Below, piece by piece: positions 1 to 12,859 of a stretch of 64,000 nucleotides of DNA. The DNA comes from Podarcis melisellensis (lineage: Eukaryota): assembly GCA_964234715.1 (NCBI GenBank), contig OZ174285.1; one strand, written 5' to 3'. Made by a program: the position numbers and the translations under genes. Position 1 is the first letter of the stretch. Every line of letters begins with the position of its first letter. The notes under the pieces are model-generated. The model ran no database searches and was not told the DNA's origin. It saw only the letters and a list, made by a program, of their open reading frames with translations.

Positions 1-630
1 AGTACTTCCTTGAGCACTCTCGGGACAGCATTGATCTCGTGGACATGAGGTTTTACACTAACAAACTGGGCAAAGCACTGAATCACTTCCGGTCTGCGCT
101 GCAGGTGGTGTTCCACAAACTGGAGACCGGGGACCCAGAAGTCCTCCTTGAAGGGGAAAAGAGCTTCCATATGAACAGTGAGCCAGCTCCTGCCCTCCGT
201 AGCCCAAGTGTGCACGGCAGCTTGGATACCTTTGCTGAAACGCCCCCTAGTCAGTCTTCTGAGAGCCAGGCTAACACGACTGTGAGCAGTGACAGTGTGG
301 GCCTGATGCAGAGGGCTCTTCCCAGTGCTTCATTGCCTCTTGATGAAGCTCCAGTCCCTGACCTGGTGCCCCCACCGGATTCTGAGAGCTGTGTGGAGCA
401 GCCCTTCCCCTCTGGAGAGGCCCAGCAGGATCCGGGTTCTGCGCCTGTGCAGCCCGGCGGGTGCCGACCTATGAGCCTCGAGAAGGTGTGTGCCGAGACC
501 ATCTACCTGAACAAGTGCATCAACAACTTCAAGAATGTCCTGAGGGAAAAGAGGCAGATGCGTCGGAGGCTCTTGAAGGAAGTGGCCCAGGAGGCAAGCT
601 GGACTTCCTCGGCTGAAGAGATTCATTCAG
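1..630 (+). CDS. UNC13B: 3' part of the large brain-isoform (bMunc13-2-like) exon with two amphipathic CaM-binding segments
   Basis: Frame +3 is open from nt 3. KLGKALNHFRSALQVVFHKLE (63-125) and CINNFKNVLREKRQMRRRLLKEV (516-584) resemble recalled bMunc13-2 CaM sites. Donor CAG|GTACTC, phase 1. Confidence 0.88.
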
Positions 631-3199
631 GTACTCCCAAAGTTCTTGAGATTTGCTGGTGAAATGCTTGCTCGTTTTTTGTCAGAAAGTTTAGCAGCTG
701 CAGGCAGAATGATTAAATAGAAATGGTTTATTGAAGTTTGGTCAGAGATAGCAGATGATAAGAGCCAAAGACAAAGGCTGCCCTATCTCTGCACCCTTAA
801 CAAATGCAAAAAAACACACAAAACCCCAGTTTCTGGAGGTCTGCCAAATGATTTGTGATGTTCTATCTCCAAGGAAGCAGACATTGACTTCAGATCTGCT
901 TCTTGGCAAACTGAAAGCATGTTGGGAAAGTGTTTCCAATACCATCCACTTGGAAGCACGAGCTTTTCCATGTCTCTTTACTTTCACAGGAAATATTGAA
1001 CCAGGAGCCAGTTGCCATTTCCCATATAAATTTGCCAGGGAAGCTGAAATCGCCTGAAATGTTTAAATAACCACCCCCAAGGAAGAGCTCCGCTAGAACA
1101 CTGTTTTCCTCCATGTAATAATGCCCCTTGAGAAATCCACATAAGAGGTGTTCTGTTGGAGTGCAGAATTCATGTGGATCGTACCCTCCATTATGTTTGT
1201 CATGTGCCTTACTTCAAGAGCCCTCTTCTGTGGAGTTTATATTGAGGACTGTTCAGATGATAATCAGTTGTGGGGTCCACGTGAGCTGCTTCCTAGCGAT
1301 TGTAGGCACTTGAGATTCCAATTGGGTTAGGCTTCGTGTTTTACCTTTGTGGGTTTGTGAAAATCAAACTTCAGAACAGTGGAGCTTGACTTTAGGTAGC
1401 AATAAGGAGACTTGAAGGAGAGCAAAGGGGAAGAGCAGAAGCAAAATTCATCAGAAGCGTCACCCAGCGATATTCAGGGAGCTGCTTTGGTCCTTATGTA
1501 CTACTGAGCTGCAAAAGGACCATGTCTTGGGGGCGGGGGGGGGGCACCACCTGCTCACTCGCTAAAATAAGCAAAAGATTTGCACATATTTGAAATTGCA
1601 CCTCTGGAGCTGACCCTTAGGTATAGTGGCAAAGGCGCTTTCAGCTCCCCCCTAAGGAATGCCCCACCTGATTCCAGACTCTCATGTGTGATGCATGTTT
1701 CCTGAAATTGCGTCCAAGTGGGCCCACAGTAGCCCCCTCCACCACACCGGACAGCAGCGCCTGTCTCCAAGGATAAAGATGAGGCTCTCTCTCCCCTCTT
1801 CCTTCTGCTGTGTGCATTATACAAAGACAGAACATCATGCCTAGGACAGTTTGACACATTGCCCCGTGTGGGAGAATGACTTCTCTCAGAACCCTGCAGT
1901 CCATGCGCCCAGGCCAGAACCACAGTGGCTTCCCACAGCGGCAACATCAAGTCGTAGTGTACTCTGCATGCGCATCTCCCACATTTATGGGGCATGCCAC
2001 ATGCACACATGGAAGGCACGCAGTGCTTCTGCAGTGTATGAAAGGGCTCTTGATAGTGGGATGACAGCAACTCCCACTTTCCAAGAGAAGCCTCATGTCT
2101 TCCCCCAACACTTCATCTTTCCCTGCTTAAAGCAGTTTTCCAAATACTTTTAACGTGTTGTGTCGCAGCTGTGCTTCGGAAGGAAGAACACCAAGTTGAA
2201 CAAGTGTTGGGCTTGGGAGAGCTGGACTCTCATCCTTGCTCACTCACAGGCTGAAGGCTGCTTCAGACATCAGGGGAACAACCACCTCCCTGATGTGCAC
2301 TTTTCTTTGATGCTTGAAGGCGAGATGCATGCAAGGAAGACGTGGGAAACTTGCAGGAGCTGTGATTGGCTGCAATTCCCACTCTGGGCAGGCTGAAACC
2401 TCTTGCCATTTGATTTCTGCTGTTCTAAAACAGGGTTGTGGGGGATTTCCTCCTCTGCAGGACTAAAGGAAAGCAGCACAGCACTTTCAACACTTTAAAT
2501 GATTTTCATAAATCATGGGTCATAAAATTCTCTAGCAGAGTTATGGATAGTGCAGAAGGTTTGAGGCTCAATATTACTGTGGAAATAGTGGTTTTTATGA
2601 GGCAAGAATCCTGCCACAAAATGGTCCCAGGTAATGATAATTCTAGTAAATTAATATGCCCTAGCCATCCATCTTGTGGCCTAGAAAATTTACTCCAGGT
2701 TGTTATAAAATCAGCTTATTAGGGTTGGAGGCAGAGAAGTTGTTTTTGCTGAGGGCTGGCAAAAGTTTGGAGCATTTGCCATCTTCCTTCATAAGAAACC
2801 TTGATCTTACTCAGAATAGCTGGTTTCTAAGTAGAGACAGTTTCTGACTGCAAACCACATTAGCCTTTTGTGTTCAGGTAACAATTAAGAACAACAATGG
2901 AAGCCCTTGGAAATCAATGGCTGACATTGTGGCGCCATTGGGGAGCTTGTGACAAACTATTCATTTTCCTAATTTCTTGTTCTTTTGATTTGACAACAAA
3001 TATTTACCAAAATTGAAATGGGAATAGTTGCTAAAATCTGCCAGCAATTTAGTGCTAGATTTTTCAAGTAATGCTTCAGTTCTCTTTAGAAAACAGATGG
3101 GAGAAGGATTCATTTCTCCTCCACCTGTTAAATCACTGCTCATGTGTGTTCCTTTGGTGCATGTTTTCGTTAGGGAATGGAAGATTTAGAATTTGAAAC

Positions 3200-3201
<2 letters not shown>

Positions 3202-3259
<58 letters not shown>
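3202..3259. repeat. (GA)n microsatellite
   Basis: Uninterrupted GA dinucleotide run. Confidence 0.97.
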
Positions 3260-3262
<3 letters not shown>

Positions 3263-3900
3263 GGACAAAGGTGGGCCTGATGTTTCAGACTCCTAGGTCC
3301 CCAATTCTTTCTTTGCTCTTTTATGCCCAAGAAAAACTAGATGATGTTTACTAAGAAAATGTGCTTTTGTTGTAATGAAGAAGCTTGATTCAGAGCACAC
3401 CCTGTCAGGCATTTTCCTTGGGACAGTTTCAGATGAACTTCAGAGGTGATGGTTGGGTATGTTTCCGGTATGTCAGCTCTTTGTTTGAAAATTAGATTCT
3501 TCTGGCATGGGGCTCTCTCTCTAGGCATAATCCTAACCCCCTTACCAATTTTATTTCACTTTTTGAAAGCTAAGGGTCATCTACTTTTTCGATAATAACT
3601 GCCACACGGGCTCCCCCCCTTTTTTTTTTTGGCCAGCAGTCACCATTATGGATTAAAATTACTATCCATGCAACTTTCTTAAAAGTAAAAAGCCATATTC
3701 TACCGCATGATGCATGTACACTCAAGTTATGGTCTAATCTCAAATTAAATGAGATTGAACATGCCCCCCTGGATTTGGGCTTCCTGGGCCCTTTGACCTA
3801 TATCAGGTTTTTGAGGAGGGAAGCTGAGTAGCTGTGAGATACGGAGATGTTGCTGTCCAAGGTGCTGAATCGAGGGCTTTGCCTACTGAGCTGCCAGTAA

Positions 3901-4225
3901 CACTCATCCAGACTTCATTTTGCACCACACTTTCCAGGGAAAGGTCCACGCTTTAAACTCCATGTCCAAACAGTTTGTTTGTTTGTTTGTTTGTTTGTTT
4001 GTTTTGTCCTGGCGCCTCCCCGGTAAAAACCCGCATTTTACTGCTGAATCGGAGCAAATAGCAATCTGTGGGGAACCCAATTGTGGTTTGCTTCATTCAG
4101 AGGTAAAACGTGGGCTTTACCTGTGAAAGCAGCAGGGAAGAGAAAACGAAACTGCTCAGACATGGAACTTTAAAGTGCAGACCTGGGCCCAGAAACGCAG
4201 CGCAAAAGGAAGTCTGCCTGAGCCT
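3901..4225. mobile_element. palindromic MITE, PIF/Harbinger-like
   Basis: Ends ctcatccagactt...aagtctgcctgag; internal core aaaacccgc...ggagcaaa shared with copies near 34050, 35360 and 53120. Confidence 0.55.
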
Positions 4226-5223
4226 TAAGAGTGCGTCAAGTGGGGAGGGAGGGAGGAAGGGAGAGAGAGAAAGACCCCCCTGCCTGTGCCACTCATTGGC
4301 CTCTCATTGGACTGCTTGGTGTAACAAATGTTCCAAGCACCACTAATAACCTCCCTAACATTTTTTTATACACGAGGTGGAGTGTTTTGAATTGAAGGGT
4401 TTGCTGAAAAGCTGTATGCATATCCATTTCCCTGCTAGCTTGCTTGTCCTGAGGGACAGGACCTCGCAGCATTTTTTTTTTATAAAAAAAAATGTTTAGA
4501 GAAAGCTTCAATAGTGTTTGATGGAATTGTTATTTAGACGTGATAAATCAGTGTGTGGTGTTTTATCCAACCTTCTTCGTTAAAAGTATTAGCTTCTGGG
4601 ACAGTGCTGCAGTTTTGTAACAGAAGCATTTGGCATTTCCCTTCCTTATGGAACAAAACGTTGTCTGAATGTTGTGTCACCACAGCTTCCCTGGACCCTT
4701 TTGCCCCAGGCTCAAAGACATCCTCTCAGGAGGATGTGGGAGCCAACCTACTCTCAGGATCCCTGGAGCTTTGAGGGTCATCATTAAGGAAAGGGGACAT
4801 GGCTTCTTAAGTGAGTCAAGATTTTTGTAGGTGCCTGGTACTGTTGTGAATTTTGAGGCAGGTGTGACTATGCTATGCTAATTAAAAGGTTTACTTGCAA
4901 TTAAGATTCTATGCCCACAGTATGTTGCTGATGCTAAGAAGAAAATGAAATATGAGTGTTTTATTGGAACTGCCACAGAAATTCATTTTAAAAACATAAC
5001 TACCCCAACCTTCCGGCACCTTCAGTGTACAAAGTTGAGCCTATGTTTTTCAAGCTAAATGGACCTTTCCTACTAGGGATTTTGGGGGTGATACAGAAAT
5101 TTATATCTCTGCACTGCTTTGCTTCATTTTCCAAACTTGGTCAACAGCATAATTTTTCCGTGTTAACTGTGTGACTCTCCTTTCCTCTCCTTTGTGTTCC
5201 CCCCACCCCTTTCTCCTTTGCAG

Positions 5224-5246
5224 AAGGAAGTAGAGGAGAACTTCAG
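5224..5246 (+). CDS. UNC13B: 23-nt linker microexon, (E)GSRGELQ
   Basis: Long pyrimidine tract + TGCAG acceptor; donor CAG|GTTATA. Converts phase 1 to phase 0 exactly as required. Resembles recalled mammalian EGKREALQ. Confidence 0.82.
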
Positions 5247-7734
5247 GTTATATACTGTTCATTCTAACCAGTGTGTCTCCTATTTTTGACACTCCAGTGT
5301 GTTATTCGTGCATGCCCTGTTGAATTGTCACTTGGCTGTTTGGCTGACCCCTGAAGTACCCCCCCCCCCGCCAAGTCTCTTGGCAAGTTCAGCATGCGAC
5401 AGTCTTGGGAGGAATTCCTGATCTTGTGATTGAACTGAGAGGAGTCTGTTCAGTGCAGGTAGCTTCTATGAAGGAAGAAAACATTCCTACTTAACACCTT
5501 GTTGATGTTGCAAATCCATGTCTGCTGTGCGTACGCAGTTCCTTCCCAGTCCCAGCAGAGGATAAATGTAGTGTGTGCCATGGGAAGGTTACCTGGAGTA
5601 TGTGTGTATCTGTGGGTCACAGAGGCTCAACCTTTACCTCTTGGGCAGCAGTTCTTAAAATATAAATATTATTTTGTGTTTGTCACTTTGGCAGAAGACT
5701 TGCTGCTAATTCTAGGGATTGGCAGAGCCATAATTCCTTCTGGTGCTTCTGGGCAAAATTGTTTTGTGTTTCTTGGAAGCACTGTGCAAACTCATGGGCA
5801 GAAACGGTCTTTAGGGGTCTGCAGGCTACAAGCAACAAGGGCTTTATCCTTGTGCTACCTTGAACTCAAAAGACTCATTGTCCATTTCCAGCCATTTTAT
5901 TCAGAAGTCAGACACCAGAGGGATGAAGCCCAAGAGCAGCGTTCTGTAAAAAGCAAAGCAGGTTTCTAATTCAGGTTTGTCTACATGTTTCTTAGCAAGA
6001 TCATGCATTTGACTTTTTGGTTTAAGATTTGATGGCCTCCGTGCACAGTTTCCAGGGTGAGAAGGCTGTGCATCCAGAGTTTGTCTAAATAGTGCTTCCC
6101 CAAGTGGGCTTGCTTTATTTGACTGCCGATTTGGACTCCAAATACATGTTCTGTTACTTTAATCTGACTGCATCCTTGCACAAAGCCAGCAGACTTAAGC
6201 CCAGGCACCTCAGAGGAGACCTGCAGCTGGATCAGACCCACGGTCTGTCTGGGCCACCATCCTGTCCTTGCAGATGCCTACAGCTATTTCAGAAGCACGA
6301 CAGGAGTGAGCCAGCACTTGTGCTTCTCGTGTGTCACAGGAGTGAGTCAAAGTGGCCACGTCATCTCTGCTAGCGCTGGCGCCGTGCCTTCACATGAGTG
6401 GATTTCTTGAATGCCACATGATTGATCTGTGACTTGCTCGGCGCAGGCAGCTTTCCTGTTGATTCCTCCACCTTTGCTCTTGTAGGAATTCCTCTGAGAG
6501 GCAGTCCTGGGCAGCCGCGGATCCCCAGGGAGGGGTCTGGGTGGAAATTGCCCTCCTCTGAGACAAAGGGCTGCTTAGCCTGGCCCGAGAGAGTGTTACT
6601 GGGGAAATGAAGCTCCCCTTCTCTCCTTTGTCCATGAACTCCTGAACTCCTCATTCAAAGGGCAGTTAGATTGCCTTCCTTGGCGCAGTTAGCAGAAACT
6701 TGGTAGTTGGCTACTGAGGAAGCCAAGAACAAGGTAGCAGTTGACCAAAAGGGGCTCCTCCTTTCACCTTTCACTGTTTGTTTGCCTGCCAGCCTCTGTT
6801 CCACTTGTTGGCTGCTCTGGTTCCCACAGTGCTGTAGACCTTGGAATAAGTGGCTTCCTATTGAAGTAGCCTGCCTCCTCTCAGTGCTCATTTTGGGACG
6901 CATCCTGGTGGCAGCTTCCTGCACAGACTATGGGGCAGCTCATGTGAGAGCCTTGGACGCCAGCCATGGAGGTGGCAGAGCCCTCTCTCTCTCACCCCCT
7001 CTTCAGGGTGGGGAATTTGAGCAGACATTCTCTCTCCTGGAAGTGGATGCCGCTGCCTGCATGAGCCTTTTGTTCCCTTGTGCTCTCTAGGCAAGGACGG
7101 CTGCTTTTCAGGAATTTGTCTAGCATGTATTTGTTCTTCCAGGAAACAGGCTGCTACTAAATGGTTGCTGCTGCTGCTGCTGCTGCAGCAGCTCCTTGGT
7201 GGTGCAGGTGCCAGGAACAGCTGGCAGGCTCCTCTGGCACCTCACAGAAGCTCCCCCCCCCCCCGGCTGTTTCCTGGCTTAGGCATTGAAAAGCAGTGAG
7301 AGACCAGGCACTTTCCCCTGGTTTCAGAGGGTCCGAAGGGAAGGCAGATGCGTGACTCGATTCCGGTGTCTGTTTGTTCTGTTTGTTTGTGTGCTCTCAA
7401 TAATTAGGTATTTTGGAAATGTTCTCGGCAACAATAGGACTTCACAGATTCAAATCAAACTCGTAGGATCTGCTCTTGCCAAACTCTTGGTTGTTGTTTT
7501 TTTAAAAGAAATGTTTGTGGGTTGATTCCCCCTCAAAAGCACATTGCACTGAACAGGCTCTTTTTGCCCCTCTCCTGTGTGCCGCTGTGTCCACACCACT
7601 GGGCAGCACAGCCTCCCTGCCGTCCTCTGAGGTGCTAATGAACATGAAGCGCTTTGTGTGCATTTTCGTGCATGAAACGTCCTCCCTGATTTTGAACTCT
7701 GCAGCTGGCTTGAACTTTGCTCAGCACAATTAAT

Positions 7735-7738
<4 letters not shown>

Positions 7739-7785
<47 letters not shown>

Positions 7786-7797
7786 TCTCTCTCTCTT
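7739..7797. repeat. (CT)n microsatellite in the 3' splice-site region
   Basis: CT run followed by A11, then TTAAG and exon 7814. Confidence 0.95.
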
Positions 7798-7813
7798 AAA
7801 AAAAAAAATTAAG

Positions 7814-7860
7814 GGTCCGGATGATGGCGATCCGTCCAAATCACCGTGGTTCAAAGGAGG
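7814..7860 (+). CDS. UNC13B: 47-nt exon GPDDGDPSKSPWFKG(G), likely junction of the ub- and b-isoforms
   Basis: TAAG acceptor; donor AGG|GTAAGT; homologous to DDGDPSLPQWLPEG; phase 0 to 2. Confidence 0.88.
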
Positions 7861-8818
7861 GTAAGTGGCCTTTGACAACTTCTGTTTTTATATTGTAAAC
7901 TGCCCTGTAATCCTTGGATGAAGGGCAGTATAGTAATTTAATAAGTTATAATAATTAAGAATGGAGTAGTGGCACACAAGCCTCTCAGAGCTTCTCGCCT
8001 GCCCTGCAAAGGACCTTCTGAGGGCAGCCGGTGAAGTTGGTGTGATCTCCCTCCTCCTCCTGCTCCTCCTCCTCCTCCTGGGTGTCTCTGCACCTGCTCT
8101 TGCCGCCTTCCCCCATTAGGAACTGAAGGCTTGCCAGGAGAAAGATGGGAAGGCACCATTTTACATGCTGTTTGATTTTAAATGTGTTTGTGTGTTTGAT
8201 GAGAGCCATATGGCTTTGATCTGTAATATTTGAATTCTGCTCCCTCCGAGGGCTGGTGTGCGGTTGCAGCCGGCGGGACTGAGCAGGGGGGCCCTGGAAG
8301 CTCCACCCCGAAACGTCTGCCTGAGACTGACTTGCCTCTCTCCCTGCATATAAATCAGGTTTCCAAACAATGAATTAGGCAAAACTAATCAAACATGAAA
8401 TTAAACGAGGGGAGGCTTTAATTTCAATGAGCCTCTTTCCCGAGCTGGCTTCTCTCTTTCGTCTCCTCCTGCCACACCCGCAGATCTGCCGCGCTGCTTA
8501 GCAACTCCCCCTGTGCTGGGAGGTTTGTGGGCCATCACCCCAGAGGCGGCAAGGGAACTGTTTTTGTTTCTTCAAGTGTGCGAAGCGCCTCCTCACATGA
8601 GCTGCTTGTGAATTGCACACACTCAGCTGCCTTGAAAGAGGGGCAGATGTACCCCAGCATGCTTCACTCCAGCTATGCCAGCTGTAACTAGGGGAAAACT
8701 CAAAAGCCCCCCACCCTCCCCTTGCTGAACAGAAGCATCAGCCAGCCCTGGGCAGTGGCTGGGCAGTTATCCTGGCCAAAAGTGTGCCTTGCAGGGGGGC
8801 AGTGTCATTGAGGGTCAT

Positions 8819-9026
8819 GGAATGCCCTTCCACCACATGTCAAAGAGAACAACAACTACCAGACTTTTAGAAGACATCTGAAGGCAGCCCTGTTTAGGGA
8901 AGCTTTTAATGTTTGATGTATTACGGTATTTTAATATTTTGTTGGAAGCCGCCCAGAGTGGCTGGGGAAATCCAGCCAGATGGGCGGGATATAAATAATA
9001 AATTATTATAATATTATTATTATTAT
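8819..9026 (+). mobile_element. L2-clade LINE 3' end
   Basis: Highly similar to the 3' parts of copies at 39549 and 63017; tail gcccagagtggctgggga...ataaataataaattattat. Confidence 0.85.
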
Positions 9027-11043
9027 GGTGCCTTGGAGAAGAGGCTGTAGGGAGGGTGTCAGACAGAGAGTTGAAGCTGAGGCTCCATGCTTGCTTGAGC
9101 CAGCACCACCACCTCCTGTCCTTGGCAAGAGACCAACCTTTTTTTGCTGGGGCTACTTGTACTAACTGGCTAGTGTGAGCTGCCTCCCTAAGGCACCTTC
9201 TCTGGCTTTCTGCTTAACCTGTTGCCATCATAGATAACAGAAATGGAGAAATGGAGCCTTTGGGGTGTGGACACATGATCCCAAAGGCCACTAGCCTGGC
9301 CACTGCTCTCCTCCATTGTCCCTCTGCAGAACCCCCTAAGTCTGGGCCCCATAAGCTTTGCCATGGCCTCCTTCTCTACCCCCCCTTCTCTAAAAACTCT
9401 TGAGCAAATGGAAATCGAAGCAAAGGGCAGGAGGCCAGGAGCAAGGCAGGGCGGCTGGAGAGGGAAAGAAAGGAGCTGGGGTCAGGGAGACTGGAGGACG
9501 TCCCGCTTGAGGGGAGACTAGGAAGGAAGCCTATGGGGGGGGGTCTGGATCCAGGGGAAATGGGCTGTGCTGAGTGGGGGGCAGTATTGTGCCCCGAATC
9601 CTGTCTCCCTTCTGGGTGAAGGCTTCCTGGCTTGGGTCTGAGGTTCCTTTTCCATGCTGCCTTTGCAGAGATAATTAGCCGTGTGCTTGTTGCGCACAAG
9701 CCAATTATCCCCATCCGCTCGTCTCTAACTTTGCCGCTCACGTTTTTCCAAGCGTCTGTGCGCATCAGCGTGACAAGGTATTATCAAAGCTGACAAGCGT
9801 TCTCCTGAGGGCAATAGACTTCCAGCACAGTGCAGATAACACACTCCCCGGAGTTATTCAATGTGAAATATATGTAACTTAGTACAGCAATATTTAAAGT
9901 TTCGCTGACAGCTTCACTCCGTGTTATTGTTCACCTGCAGCGCAAGAGGGAGGCGGCAGAGATGGATTCCAGAGCAGGGAAATGGTTGCATTTTCCCCTT
10001 GCCTGCCAGAATTTCTGCCTGCCTCACTGCCGAAGGGTGGTGTGTGACGGAATTGGGCCTTTTTAACGTGCTCCTAAGTGATCTGCATGGGGTGGTGATG
10101 CCATGTATGGCTCAGGGAGGAAAGAAGGAAACGGGGCTGTGAGGAGTCCAAAAAGAATATGTCCAAACTGGGCAAATGCCATTAAAGTAGTGCATGTGCT
10201 TCTGTATACTGATTAGGCCACAAAATGCGAGCTCTGCCTATTCCCTGATGAGGCCCAAATCAGTTTGCCACCGAGGGAAAGGAGGCAGGCATTGGGCCTG
10301 TAGGGCAGCCAGACTCTTCTGCTCTCCTGCTCCTGCCCCAATGGGCAGAGGTGATGGAAACTGTAGCCCAACAGCGTTTGGAGGGCACAGGTTAGAATCA
10401 GATCATTTTGAAGCCCAAACCTGTCTAAGGCTCTCATCCCAAATCCACAGATAATCTTCAGGGGTCTGGGATGGGAAGGGCTTCCTCCTCCTCGCTGGCC
10501 CTCCTGATGAGCCGATGCTTTTCTCTTTTAAAATGTAGATTACAGGCGCCTGAAGAGCTTTCCTGTTGTGGCTCTTTGGAGTTCAAAGAGTGTGCTGCCA
10601 TGACGGCCTGATGAATTCTGACACCTTCCCCATTGCTGCTTGCCATGCCTCTTTGGAGGAAAGAAGAGAACAAAACCTGATTTAATTTGTACATGGGATG
10701 GATTTGAGCAAGGAGCCCTTGATTTCAGAACTGTCAGGGGCGCCTGTGCTGTGTAACCTGAACTGACGGGAATAATTCACAGACTTAAAGCTGCACAAAA
10801 GCCGCTCGGCATTCAGTCACGTCAAGGTTATTCCTTGTAGCGTGGAGCATTTCTTGCCTTGTTGAACTGATGTGTTTTTAGGTGTTGGTTTCTCCAGGCC
10901 AAGGCGAGATCCTGCATTGCCCGTGTGATTCTTAAGTCTGCAGGAGGCCTCACGTGGTCCCTCAAGAGCACCTGGCTGACAGATGATAACTTGTGGCTTG
11001 CCATCACTGCTTGCCCTCATGCATTTCCCCCTTTGCTTTCCAG

Positions 11044-11122
11044 GCCAGCCGGGGGTCTCTATGGCATCGACAGCATGCCTGACCTGCGCAAGAAGAAGCC
11101 CACCCCACTTGTCAGTGACCTG
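11044..11122 (+). CDS. UNC13B: exon [26 protein letters not shown]
   Basis: TTTCCAG acceptor, CTG|GTGAGA donor; conserved Munc13 motif; phase 2 to 0. Confidence 0.96.
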
Positions 11123-12853
11123 GTGAGACTTCCTGCCCCCCATCTCCCCTCCATGAATATAATGGAAGTGGTCTTTACTGCTTTTCCTTCAAGTGCAGAA
11201 ATGTTATAGGAACAAGACTCTTATGATGAGTTAGACCTGGATGATGTGGATCCCTGGCAAACTCTCGTTTGAAAAGCTGCAGCTTCTTGATGGAGCAGGT
11301 TTTCTCTGGAGGCCTCTGCATGGCAGCCTCCTGCCCTCAGCCCAGCTAAACTAAAAGCGAGGAAGGCAGGGAAGAGGCAAATCTTTTCCCAAGCGTTTCC
11401 TCTGTTTTGTAGACTCTGAAACAAATGTGTTAGTTTCACGTTTGCCTCTCTCTGCTGTGTGGATATATTTTGCAGACTGTCCCCTTTTCAAGTCTTGCTT
11501 GTTTCACTTTATATGCTGCTTCCGCCGTTCAGCATTTCTTTAACCCTCCCAGGGTCTTGTGTGCCACCTGCAACTTGGAAATGACTTGGTCTCTTGCCCA
11601 GATTGGGGCTCTGTCTCTTCCACCCAATCCAACACTGATTTCTTGAAGAGAGGCCTCACTCATGACCAAAGGGCTGGCTTTCATGCCTTGCATTTGGCAC
11701 AGAAAGGCGGTGGAGAGATTATCAGTGTCAGTAAATCAAGGCGATGTAAATCTGTGTTCAAAACACACCAGAAAACATCAAAGCCGGAGTCGTGGGCAGT
11801 GGGTGAAGTGGACAGTGGGTGAAGGCACGGGTGGGTGAAGGGGGGGAGGATACAAATTTGGAAAGAGAATGGGCTACATGCAGCAGGTTTAAAACTAGAT
11901 TATCAGGAGGAGCCTTGTTCTGAACAAAGGCTCCTTTGGGTGTTTGCCTCATGTGTTGGGAACTGGTGAAAAGGGGATGGCAAACGAGTTGTGGAGATTC
12001 CTTTATATAGAGGAGTCGTGCCATTTGGTTGGCTACAGTGGCATAGTGTGGTGGGCAGGGTCACAGGGGCAGCTGGCCTGGGTGCAAAATTCTTAAAGGT
12101 GCAAAATTTCAAAAGGAAGAAAAGAGAAAGTAGCAATAATAAATCAATAGTAGTCCCTCCCCCTCACACAGAAAATTTCCCAAAGTTCATGGGGTGGACT
12201 GAGGAGTGGATTTGGGTGGTGGCTGGTTGCTAGGGTGCCCCCTGAAGGGCTTTAGAAAGATACCCGTTCCCAACCAATCCCCTGTTCTGCTCTTCACCAT
12301 GCTTGACGCTCACGGGGCATTACTGCTGCCACCGACCTATTGCCCCCTTGTTCCAGCCTATCAGTGGGCGGTGCCAAGGATACTTGCCTTGCCCTGGGTT
12401 CTGGCAACTCACGCTATGCCACTGGTTGGTTATAAGGCTTCCATAGTTTTTCAGAGCTGCACAATTGAAAGCAAGAAAGGTTTCAATTAACGTTACTGAG
12501 ACTTAACAACAGATTTCAGGAACACACTAGATGAGCACAAGAGTCCTCCTACTTCCTTATCAGTAGCATTGACCAAGGCCAGTGTCACCAATTCCTCTAG
12601 ACACTAAGATGGGAGTAGTACTTTCTCAACATTTCTGCAAAAGCAAAGGAAAGCAGTGAACTTATTTTCTGCACTGGCAGCAAGATCAGTCTTGCTTAAT
12701 CCACACAGCGTAGAATAATAGCTAACTGGAGAATTGCATCTGTACCCTTGCAAAGAGGAAGCCTGGGCAATGTGTTTGTAGCTTTAGTGATGGGAGGACT
12801 AATGGAATTAACCTGTTACGCTTCTCTTGTATGCTGACATTCTCTTCCTACAG

Positions 12854-12859
12854 GCCATG
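12854..12859 (+). CDS. UNC13B: 6-nt cassette microexon GCCATG (Ala-Met)
   Basis: ttctcttcctacag|GCCATG|gtaagt. Inclusion gives VSDL-AM-SLVQSRK, as in Munc13-1. TGC at 12832-12834 upstream. Confidence 0.88.

Noticed and set aside
39-662. 207-aa ORF as a standalone gene
   Set aside because: The frame is open to the window edge and a donor at 630 links it in phase to UNC13B; the last ~10 codons are intronic read-through.
2860-2885. TTTTGTGTTCAG|GTAACA as a recursive splice site
   Set aside because: The intron is only ~4.6 kb and one AGGT motif is expected by chance; no supporting context.
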